This document shows positions 19,201 to 31,227 of a DNA stretch of 64,000 nucleotides, piece after piece (within the stretch, counting starts at the first letter, position 1; the number at the start of each line of letters is the position of its first letter). Where the stretch lies: NCBI GenBank assembly GCA_964016885.1, contig OZ024742.1:321718001-321782000 (forward strand). Direction: 5' to 3'. Origin of the DNA: Eledone cirrhosa. Lineage: Eukaryota. The notes under the pieces were generated by a model. That model was not told the origin of the DNA. It did not search any database and saw nothing but the letters and a program-made list of their open reading frames with translations. Both the position numbers and the translations under genes were made by a program.

Positions 19201-22200
19201 CCAACACCACCGCCAACACCGACACCACCGCCAACACCAACACCACCACCACCACCAACACCACCATCAACACCAACACCATTACAAACAGCACATCTAA
19301 CACAACAGCCAACTCCAACACCACCACCAACACCACCACTACCGCCAATACCAACACCACCAACAACAACACCACCATCAACACCACAACCAACACAACC
19401 ATCACCTACACCGCCGCCACTACCGTCAACACCACCACCACCAACAACACTTACAGCATCACCACCACCACCACCACCACCGCCAACACCACCTCCACCA
19501 CCACCACCAACACCACCAGCACCGCCAACACCACTAGCAACACTACCGCCAACACCACCACCACCATTACCAACACCACCACCAGCACTACCGCCAACAC
19601 CAACACCATCACCAACACCACCACCAACTCCAACACCAACGCCACCACCAACAACACAGCCATCAACACCACCACCAATACCACCACCACCACCACCACC
19701 ACCACCACCACCACCATTACGAACACCACCACCACCATTACCAACACCACCACCAACACCACCGCCAACACCAACACCACCACCACCAACACCACCACCA
19801 CCGCCAACACCAACACCACCACCAACAACAACACAACCATCAACACAACCACCAACACCACCACCACCACCACCACCACCACCACCACCAACAACAACAC
19901 CGCCGCCACCACCATCAACACCACCACCACCAACAACACTTACACCATCACCACCACCACCACTACCGCCACCACCACCATCAACACCTCCACCAACACC
20001 ACCATCAACACCACCACCAACACCACCATCAACACTACCACCACAACCAACACCACCACCACCACAACACCAACACCACCACCAACACCATCAACCCCAC
20101 CACCACCACAATTATCAACACCACCACTAACACCAACACCACCACCGCCACCACTAACACCACCACAACCACCAACACCACCATCAACACCACCAACAAC
20201 ACCACCAACACCACCAACACCATCAACAGCACCACCAATACCACCACCACCAACAACACCAACACCACCACCAACAACAACACCACCATCAACACCACCA
20301 CCACCAACACCACCGCCACCACCACCAACACCTCAACCACCGCCAACACCACTATACCAGCAACACCACCACCACCAGCAACACCACCGCCAACACCACC
20401 ACCAGCGCCAATACCACCTTCAACACCACCACCAACACCACCACCATTACAACCACCACCAACACCACCAACACCGCCAACACCACCACCACCGCCAACA
20501 ACACCACCACCACCAACAACAACACCACCATCAACACGACCACTAATACCACCACCACCAACAACAACACCACTAATACCACCACCACCAACAACACCAC
20601 CACCACCACCACCACCACCACCGCCAACAACACCACCACCACCAACAACACCCCCATCAACACCACCACCAATACCACCAACAGCACCACCATCACCAAC
20701 TCCACCACCACCGCCAACACCACCACCACCACCACCGCCAACAACAACACCACCACCATCAACAGCACCACCAACAACAACAACAACAACACCACCACCA
20801 ACAACAACACCACCATCAACACCACCACCACCACCGCCAACAACAACACCACCACCAACGCCATCACAAACACCACCGCCACCACCAACGCCACCAACAA
20901 CAACAACAACACCACCACCAACAACAACACCACCATCAACACCACCACAACCACCGCCAACAACAACACCACCAACAACAACAACAACACCACCACCAAC
21001 AACAACACCACCATCAACACCACCACCAATACCACCAACACCACCACTAACAACACCACCAACACCACCACCTCCACCACCACCACTAACACGACCACCA
21101 TCAGTACCACCAATACCACCACCACCAACACCAACACCACTAACACGACCACCACCAATCGCACTAACACCACCATCACCAACTCCACCACCAACACCAC
21201 CGCCAACACCAACACCACCACCAACACCACCACCACCGCCAACACCAACACCACCACCACCACCAACATCACCATCAACACTACCACCACCACCAACACA
21301 ATTACCAACACCACATCTAACACCACCGCCAACACCAACACCACCACCAACACTACCGCCACCGCCAACACCACCACCAACAACAACACCACCATCAACA
21401 CCACCACCAACACCACCACCACCACCACGAACACCACCACCACCACCACCACCATTACCAACACCACCACTAACACCACCACCACCACCGCCAACACCAA
21501 CACCACCAACACCACTACCAGCACCACCATTATCAACACCACCACCAACACCACCACCACCGCCAATCCCAACACCACCACCAACACCAACACCACCAAC
21601 ACCACCAACACCAAGAACACCACTAATGCGACCACCCCCAGTACCACCAATACCACCACCACCAACACCACCAACACAATAATCACTAACACGACCACCA
21701 CCAATACGACCAACACCACCACCACTAACACGACCACCACCAATAAAACCAACACCACCAACACCAACAACACCACCACCACTAACACGACCACCACAAA
21801 TACCACCAACACCACCACCACCAATACCACCAACACCACCACCACTGACACGATCACCACCAATACCACTAACACCACCACCACCAACAAAATTTCAACA
21901 CAACTATCACCACCACCGCCACCAACACCGTCAACACCACCACCACCACCAAAAACCACCAACACCACCACCACCATTAACATCACCACCACCATCAACA
22001 CCAACACCACCACCAACACCACCACCAACACAAACACCACCACCAACAACATCAACAAAACCATCACCACCGTCAACAACACCACCATCAACACCACCAC
22101 CAACACCACCAACAACATCAACACCACCATCAACACCACCACCACCAACACCACCACCACCACCAACACCACCACCAACACCAACAACACCACCAACACC

Positions 22201-22463
22201 ACCACCGGCACCAACACCACCACCAACACCACCGCCAACACCCAAACCACCACCAACACCACAACCATCACCGACACCACCACCACCATCAACACCACCA
22301 TCAACACACCACCAACACCACCATCAACACTACCACCAACATCATTACCAACACCACATCTAACACCACCGCTAACACCAACACCACCAACAACACCACC
22401 ACCACCGCCAACACCAACACCACCACCACCAACAACAACACCACCATCAACACCAACACCAAC

Positions 22464-22494
<31 letters not shown>

Positions 22495-22744
22495 CCAACA
22501 CCACCACCACCACCACCGCCAACAACAACACCACCATCAACACCACCACCAGCACCACCACCACCATCAACACCACCACCAACACAACCACCACCACCAA
22601 CACCATCAACACCACCACCACCACCAACATCATTACCAACACCACATCTAACACCACCGCTAACACCAACACCACCAACAACACCACCACCCCGCCAACA
22701 CCAACACCACCACCAACAACAACAACACCACCATCAACACCAAC

Positions 22745-22775
<31 letters not shown>

Positions 22776-23415
22776 CCAACACCACCACCACCACCACCAC
22801 CACCACCAACACCACCACCACCACCACCGCCAACAACAACACCACCATCAACACCACCACCAGCACCACCACCACCATCAACACCACCACCAGCACCACC
22901 ACCACCATCAACACCACCACCAACACAACCACCACCATTACCAACACCACCACTAACACCACCGCCAACACCAACACCACCACCAACACCACCGCCAACA
23001 CCACCGCCAACACCAACACCAGCACCACCACCAATACCACCACCACCACCACCTCCACCGCCAACAACACCACCACCAACAACACCAGCGTAACCAACAA
23101 CACCACCACCAACACCACCACCAATACCACCACCACCAACACCACCACCAATACCACCACCACCAACACCACCACCAATACCACCACCACCACCACCACC
23201 ACCGCCAACACCACCACCCCACCACCACCAACACCAACACCAACACCAACACCACCACCAACACCACCACCAACACCAACACCAACACCAACACCACCAC
23301 CAACAACAACACACCAACAACATCAACACCACCATCAACACTACCAACAACACCACCACCACCCCTCAGCACCAACACCACCGCTCACATCAACACAACC
23401 ATCACCACCGTCAAC
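10290..23415. repeat. About 13-kb degenerate (CCA/CAA)n tract with kb-scale internal duplications
   Basis: Almost pure C/A on the + strand. Rare markers recur, for example CGCAAAAACC at about 12630 and 14704 and CACTTACAGCATC at about 17575 and 19449. Confidence 0.95.
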
Positions 23416-23579
23416 AATCTTGTGTTGTTTCTGTTTCCACAGAGCTTATGTACGGTAAATCGGTCACGTGATCTGCGTTCATTGCTGTGAGTTGACTCGG
23501 TGCACGATTATTGATCAGTCGAGAACGTGGTCATTGATACACACACACACACATACACACACACACACACACAATAAAA

Positions 23580-24800
23580 ATGGTGTTAATGATGGCAGTG
23601 ATGGTGGTAGTGATGGTGGTAGTGATGGTGGAGGTGGTGGTTGTGGTGATGGTGGTGTGATGGTGTTGATAGTGGTGGTGATGGTGAGGGTGATAGTGGT
23701 TAGGGTGGGAGTGGTGGTGGTAGTGGTGGTGGTGGTAGTGGTAGTCGTGGTGGTGGTAGTGGCGGTGGTGGTGGTAGTGATGGTGGTTGTGGTTGTGGTA
23801 GTGGTTGTGGTGGTGGTGGTGGTAGTGGTGGTGGTGGTGATAGTGGTTGTGGTGGTGGTGCTGGTGGTAGTGGTGGTGGTGGTGGTGGCGGTGGTGGAAG
23901 TGGTGGTGGTGGTGGTGGTGCTGGTAGTGGTGGTGGTGATGGTGGTGGTGGTAGTGGTAGTGGTGGTGGTGATGGTGGTAGTGGTGGTTGTGATGGTGGT
24001 AGTGGTAGTGGTAGTGGTGGTGGTGGTGGTGGTGGTGGTGGTAATGGTGGTGCTAGTGGTGATTGTGGTGGTGGTAGTGGTTGTGTTGGTGGTGGTGGTG
24101 GTGGTAGTGGTGGTGGTGGTGGTGGTGGTGGTGGTGGTGGTAGTGGTGGTGGTGGTGGTGGTGGTGGTAGTGGTTGTGGTGGTGGTGGTGGTTGTGGTGG
24201 TAGTGGTGGTAGTGGTGGTGGTGGTGGTGGTGGTAGTGGTGGTGGTAGTGGTGGTTGTGGTGGTGGTAGTGGTTGTGTTGGTGGTGGTGTTGGTGGTAGT
24301 GGTGGTGGTGGTGGTGGTAGTGGTGGTGATGGTGGTGGTGGTGGTGGTAGTGGTGGTTGTGTTAGTGGTTGTGGTGGTGGTGGTTGTGGTGGTGGTTGCG
24401 GTGGTGGTAGTGATTTGTGTGGTTAGTGTTATAGTTCTTGTTCTTACTGGTGTTGTTGTTATTGTCATTGGTGTGGTTATTACTTTGAATATTTTTATTG
24501 TGGTTGTTATTATTGGCGTTGTTATTGTTGTTGGCTGTGGTTATTGTTGTGGTTGTTATAGTTGTTGTGGGGATTCTTGTAGTTGTTATGCTTGTTGTGG
24601 TTATTACTGGAAATATGCTATTGTGGTTGCTGTTATGGTTGTTGTTATGGTCGTTGTTGTGGTTGCTTTTATGGTTGTTGTTATGGTTGTTGTTATAGTT
24701 GTTGTTATGGTTGTTGTGTCATGGTCGTTGTTATGGTCGTTGTTATGGTCCTTGTTGTGGTTGTTGTGGCTGGTTGATGCTCATGTTATTGCTGTGGTTG
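23580..24800. repeat. Degenerate (GGT)n grading into (GTT)n
   Basis: Seen directly. Confidence 0.95.
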
Positions 24801-25417
24801 TTACTGTTTTAGTCAACAGAAGTCAACTTTGCCTTTCACTTATACCGAGGTTGATAAAATAAAATACCAGCTCAGAGCGTTAGACTGAGTAAGATGCCTT
24901 GCGGAATTTCTTTCGGCTCTTTCTGTTCTAAATTCAAATCCCGATATAGCCAACTTCGAAGATAGACTTAATCCGTCGCCCAGTTTAATAGCACCACGTG
25001 ATCCGTTGCTGCCTTTAGTGGAGACTTCTGTTCTAAGCATTCTCCAGATTAATGTCACCTTCCTTCATCCCTCCTACAAGTGATGGGGGCTCCTGAAAAA
25101 AATTATAAAATAAATTAAACAAATTGTCTGAGGTATTCCCTCCCTCTTGATTAGGTGACAGAAACTAATGCAGTGGACATAATTGTGGGGTGACGAAAAG
25201 ACGGCATTTACACAATAGATTTAATGACAATTTCAGCGAGTTGGGGAAACAACTCTGAAATGTTTCGGTCTTATTGGGCCACGCCAGCGAACGATAGAAT
25301 TTACCTTGGTACGAGAATCTCTAAGGCGCTGCACAAGGTTAAACAAATGTATGCGTGGAAAGTTAGCATCTTGTAAATAAACAATTTGCATATTTAAAGG
25401 TATTAGCATATTTTTCT

Positions 25418-25596
25418 AAAAATAAAAAAATAAAAAAATAAAAAAATAAAAAAATAAAAAAATAAAAAAATAAAAAAATAAAAAAATAAAAAAATAAAAA
25501 AATAAAAAAATAAAAAAATAAAAAAATAAAAAAATAAAAAAATAAAAAAATAAAAAAATAAAAAAATAAAAAAATAAAAAAATAAAAAAATAAAAA
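25418..25596. repeat. (TAAAAAAA)n 8-bp tandem repeat
   Basis: Seen directly. Confidence 0.95.
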
Positions 25597-25702
25597 ATTG
25601 TTTACATGAAAACTAATGAAAAAGATTCGATAATAAAATAATCGATGAATATCATTGAAAACACCACCTTTGCTGTTGTTGATATTATTATTATTATTAT
25701 TA

Positions 25703-25909
25703 GGGCGGTGGATTGGCAGTATCGGTAGAGGGTCGGACGCCATGCTTTGACGCATAGAGTTACGGCCCTTGCCATTCTGAGTTCAAATCCCGCCGAGGTT
25801 AACTTTGCCTTTCATCCTTACGGGGTCGATAAAATAAAGTACCAGTAATGTACTGGGTAATTTCTGGCCTTGTGCCAAAAGTAGAAACAATTATTATTAT
25901 TATTATTAT
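25703..25909 (+). mobile_element. tRNA-derived SINE with a Meta-type central domain
   Basis: Box A TGGCAGTATCGG, box B GAGTTCAAATCC, central GCCTTTCATCCTTACGGGGTCGATAAAATAAAGTACCAG and an (ATT)n tail. Several copies occur in the window. Confidence 0.85.
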
Positions 25910-26596
25910 TCTCTCTTCTAAATTCAAATTCCGCTGTACCCTACTTCGTATGTGTGTGAATGTGTATGTGTGCATATGTGCGTGTGTAGGGTTGGATTTA
26001 GACCTGGAGCGGGAGGCGAGCACTTAAGTTGTTTGGGGGGGGGGGCTCATACAAAACAAATTAGGATACACAGCTAAGCTCCAATTCAAAGACGGCTGGC
26101 GCTAATAAAGGTAATAAATCTCACCATCCTCATCTTACGTCCACTTTCCACACTGGCAATATGTTGAACAGGTTGTTGCAGTCCAAGACCAGATATATTA
26201 GAGTGACCTTATCTTGCTCATACATTAAATATTTGGCATGGTTTCTATGGCTGGATGCCCTTCTTAATATAACCACTTCAGAATCTGAATGTTTACCTGC
26301 GATACCAGCCAACTACTTTTCACAGCGACATCTTACTTTTTATTGTTCTGATAACAACCTGATGTCGCTAACGTTGAGTTGATCAATTTTGCCAATATAG
26401 GACTTTAAATACTTTTTGTTTTAAATATAGTTCTCGGTGTCAAAGGGATAAAGCTAAAAAGCCCAAGAGAGGGCACGAATAAATTGCTACGACCGTAATT
26501 GGTGCCCCCTCCCCGCTAGGGGCCCGGGACAATCGTCTTCTTTGCTCTGCATTAAATCCGGCCCTGTGTGTGTGTGAATATATGTGGCTATAATAT

Positions 26597-26769
26597 AATT
26601 GTTTCTACTTTTGGCTCAAGGCATTACTGGTACTTTATTTTATCGACTCCGTAAGGATGAAAGGTAAAGTTAACCTCGGCGGGATTTGAACTCAGAATGG
26701 CAAGGGCCGTAACTCTATGCGACAAAGCATGGCGTCCGACCCTCTACCGATATTGCCAATCCACCGCCC
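26597..26769 (-). mobile_element. Same SINE family, reverse orientation
   Basis: Reverse-complement match to 25703-25890 with an internal deletion. Confidence 0.85.
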
Positions 26770-26789
26770 TTGAATATGTAATATATAAT

Positions 26790-27800
26790 AATAAAACATT
26801 GTTTATAATTTGAATCTAGCGCTTTCGTCTTCCATGAGACTTATCACGATATAAAAGTGTACTGAAACTGTAAGTTCACAATAAATATTTCCGTATACAT
26901 TTAATTAGAGCAGTTGTAGTTTCGTTTCGGGATGAATTTATTCATGGCATATTTCTCCATTTCTTGTCTGTATTTTTGATCATTCTTGAAACACTTTTAG
27001 AATGAAAATATTTTGAATTTGATGTTCTTAGAAATTTCTAAATGTTCGCCTAATGGGATTTTCCTTAGTTTCAGTTTTCGCATCTGTTGTTTGTGTATTC
27101 TGACTGATATAAATCTCTTTGCAGCCGAAACTGACAAAACAATATATCAGATTTTCTAACTAATAGTTCAATATTTGTATTTATTGTAAAGGATTGTCCA
27201 TGTTTAGATCATATATTGGAACCAATATTCGAATAGTTACAGACATCTCTACTGCGTCTCCCACACCTGCTATCGTTACAAGTTTTAACGGAAAATTTAG
27301 GATTATTTTCTTAAGTAAATTTTGCCCATGTTAGATCTTTTTAGGTTCTTTGATTGGAGTTTGTTGTTGGTGATTGAGCTTTCTTTCCCTAGATCTTTAA
27401 TTTTGTTTTTGTTTTTGTGTGCTTTGGAACAGGATTAGCAGGTTTGTCTTAAAGGTGGCAAATATGTTAAACAAATAAATGTTAATAAATGGAGTAATAT
27501 CTTGCTCATTTTCTTGTTTATGAGTCCCGAGTTTAGATATATCGTGTCGTCTATTAAATTCAGCAATATTTTTGTTGTTTAAGAAAACCTCTAATTTCAT
27601 GAAGACGTATCTACCGTAGTTCTGGCAACCACTATTACGCAGACTTGAATATTCCATTTAGTGTACGAGGGGATGTCATGAATAAAAGTTGGAATAGTGG
27701 GGTGAGTCTTACTTTTTGTCGAATATGACTGTTGTAATTCTGTTGTTACATAATTCTCTTAGAATGTCTAAAAATGGGAATTCTTTCAAAGGTAGCTCTT
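26790..27800 (-). pseudogene. Decayed Penelope-like element 3' end (thumb, GIY-YIG, hammerhead remnant)
   Basis: The minus strand reads KTCNDSRCG, NLIYCFVSFGCKEIYISQ, RIHKQQMR and EMEKYAMNKFIPK with stops and shifts. Downstream is atc-GTGATAA-gtct..agac-GAAA-GCGC-TA-gat at 26813-26851. Confidence 0.65.
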
Positions 27801-28071
27801 TCTGTGGTAGTTTTTTTTATTTGTTTATTTAGATGTTACTGGTTGGTTGTTTGTTCTATGTGTGTGTATGTTTTCATTTTGTCCTTAATTCTAAGTTGTG
27901 ATGTTACTATTCCATTCATGTTTTCTATTTAATTTTGGTTGTAATTCTTTTATGTTTATTGCCTCTGTGATTTGTCTAGTAAAAACACCCCCACTAGAGA
28001 ACAGTCAGGAATTAGAGAAAAACACCATGGAGGCAATAAACATAAATGAACTCCAAATAAAATAATCCCCA

Positions 28072-28114
28072 GTCACTGAAGAGGTCACAGAATGTGTGAC
28101 GAAAGAACTTTGAC
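28072..28114 (+). ncRNA. Minimal type-I hammerhead ribozyme in a solo pseudo-LTR (about 27990-28270)
   Basis: GTCA-CTGAAGA-g-GTCACA-gaatg-TGTGAC-GAAA-gaac-TT-TGAC, with stems I and II perfect. The element ends in ATGACCCTCCCAAAGTATAAC, like 7537-7557. Confidence 0.75.
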
Positions 28115-28324
28115 AATATATGAACAATCCTCTGGTTGTGGAACCAACCAACCAACCGGAAATTTATAAATTCCTAAATTTATAAATTTAATTTATAATA
28201 AATTGAAGTGAAAGCAAATGGTGCGTGTGTTTCTTATTGGCAACATGACCCTCCCAAAGTATAACAATATCGGTTTCAACACACGTTTTCAGATAAAGAA
28301 TCTTGCTAAACAAATTCAGAAACG

Positions 28325-28381
<57 letters not shown>

Positions 28382-28502
28382 AACGAGTAGGACCCCGACG
28401 GCTGAGCTCAAGCCGTTTCGACGGCTAATTATATATATTATATATATATATATATAGGAACGAGTAGGACCCCGACGGCTGAGCTCAAGCCGTTTCGACG
28501 GC

Positions 28503-28644
<142 letters not shown>

Positions 28645-29602
28645 CATTTATGAATATGTATGTGTGGGTGTGTAAAGTCATACTGTGAATATAAATCTTC
28701 AACTTCAACATTATGTGATGATTGCTCTTTTCTTGCGTTTGTATCTACAACACTCATTATATGTATGTATCTCTCTCTATATATATACATATATATATAG
28801 AGAGAGAGCGAGAAAAGAGAGAGGGGGGAGAGAGAGAGTGGTGGTGGGGGGAGGGGGGTCTGTGATTTGAAAGGAGAAAATTAATCTTTAATACTGGTAT
28901 TTGGGGCGACAGCTGATTTCGTTGATATGTGTTGCTAATGGCGGCTGTGATGGTGGCAATATCGCTTTTATCTGAATTATGTAGGTACAAATGGTGGTGC
29001 TGCTTATAACGGTGGTGCTGGTGGGGGCGAGAGTTAGTCATCATGGTAATGATGACGATGGAGTTAATGATGATGGTGGTGGTGATTATATAAATGATTA
29101 TGATTATGATGACTACGAGGATGATGATGATGTCGATGATGATCATGATAGTGATAAAGATAATGGCGACGGTGTTGGTTGGGATGGCTGTGGTGGCTGA
29201 TTATTATGGTGAGATAACGGTAAACCAAACGGACTGACGAAGATGACACGGGCGATTAGCTAACTAATTAACGTGAAGCGATAACACGAGCTGTCGTTTT
29301 GCGCAGGCGCACATTATCCTCAACTTTCAACTGGCGTTCACTTTTAATTGGACAGAACATGCCACATGCTGTTTACACTGATTGAAAATGGTAAATGAAA
29401 TAACATTTACAGCTCACTCCTATGCAGTTTTAGATGGTCCCCTACAAGACTTTATGTTATAAGCTCCTTAGGTGTTTTAATGATAGGGACCCCAGTTACT
29501 ATATATTGTTGTTACAGCTAACACCTATCCAGGTTTAGCTAGCGTTATACAAAGTGTATATATATAGCATTAATATATATCAGTCTATATATAGCATTAA
29601 TG

Positions 29603-30330
29603 AAAGTTTGTTATATTCGCGAAACTACCTTCTATTATGTAAAAGAAAACTTATTTATTGAGCTATTCCTTGACACCTTTTATTGGTCGTAAATTCACTC
29701 TCTTTTATGTAATATATAGAAATACGTCCATATTTCATGGGACATCTGTGAAACTGGAGGTTACCTTGCCACACACAGGCGTCATGTAGTCTCAGACCCT
29801 TAGCGCTGATAATACCAGGTTAATCTCCAGTTTTATTAACCTCCAGGCTTGGAACAGACTTTAAAATAACTCTTCTTCAATATACCTTTATAATCGTCAA
29901 AGCACCATCTCTTCATTGAAAGGTCTTATTTTGATTGGTCATTCCCCGAGACCTTATTTGAGGAGCAATTTCTCAATAGCTTCTTATGACCCTTAAAACG
30001 AGTGCACTCTTTCATACAGAAGAAAAATCTTGTTGTGCTCGTGAAAGCAGCTTCTTGAATAAAAATACCTTATTTGGGGTCTATTTCCCAAAGTTAGGTT
30101 ATAATCCCAAAAGCGCGCTTTTTTATATAAAAGAAAAATATTTCTTGAAGGTCAATTCTCAGTACATATATAACATTCATAAAAGTTTGTTATATTCGCG
30201 AAACTACCTTCTATTATGTAATAGAAAATGTATTTATTGAGCTATTCCTTGACACCTTTTATTGGTCGTAAATTCACTCTCTTTTATGTAATATATAGAA
30301 ATACGTCCATATTTCATGGGACATCTGTGA
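29603..30330. repeat. About 150-bp direct repeat pair (29603-29751 and 30182-30330)
   Basis: Near-identical AAAGTTTGTTATATTCGCG...GGGACATCTGTGAA blocks about 579 bp apart. Confidence 0.85.
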
Positions 30331-31227
30331 ATCATTCATATGTTCATAACATCATCCGTTTCATCAATGCACTTTCCTTTGTGGGACGTCTGTGAACAGT
30401 TTCATATGTTCATAATAACAAAACCCCTCTTTTATTAATATATTATAATCTAGTCCTTGTCGGTGTTCTTGTTATTGTTGTTTCTCTTGTTGTTGCTGTT
30501 ATTGTCATCGTCGATGTGGGTGATGGTGGTGATGGTGGTGGTGATGATGATGGTGGTGGTGGTGGTGGTGGTGGTGGTGGTGGTAATGGTGGTGTCGTCG
30601 TCGTCGTTATTGTTGTTTGTGGCGGTGGTGACGTAATCATCATTGTCGTCGTTGTAGTTGTTTATTATTTTACATTGTCTTTGTCTCTGAAACCTATTTT
30701 TTCAATTGCGACACTAACTATACAATAGTGAGATCTGTTTTACTTATGTGCCTTTCAGGTTTGATCTTTGAACATTAGCGATCGATTACGTTACCAATTG
30801 AAATGATTGGTTTTTAACGTTTGTTTTCTTTTAGCAATTAATTTTCTTTTGAGGGTGATAGATTAGCTGATTGATTAGAGCTTTGGAAGAATGCTTGGGA
30901 GTATTTATTCCGGCTATTTACGTTCTGATTTCAAATCCAGCTGAGGTCAACTTTAACATTCACTTTTCCGAGATGTATAAAATAGGTATAGGCTACGTAA
31001 CCGGTCCCGGCAAAATAGACAAGCATGCTTTTAAAGCTTATTTTACTAGTAAACTTTAAAGGGACGCAACTCTAGTCGGGGTCCCGGAAGCTTATTTTAC
31101 TACTAAATAATAAATAGTGCTTTAGAAGCCAGGTAGTGACTACTATCTTTAACCAAGGTCGTGACTTTCTGCTAAAATTTTTAATTTAGAAAATATTTGA
31201 CTTTCTGCTAAATTTCTTCAGCCATGG

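Noticed and set aside
25703-25800. tRNA gene suggested by A and B boxes
   Set aside because: It has no cloverleaf and continues into a SINE body and tail that recur many times.
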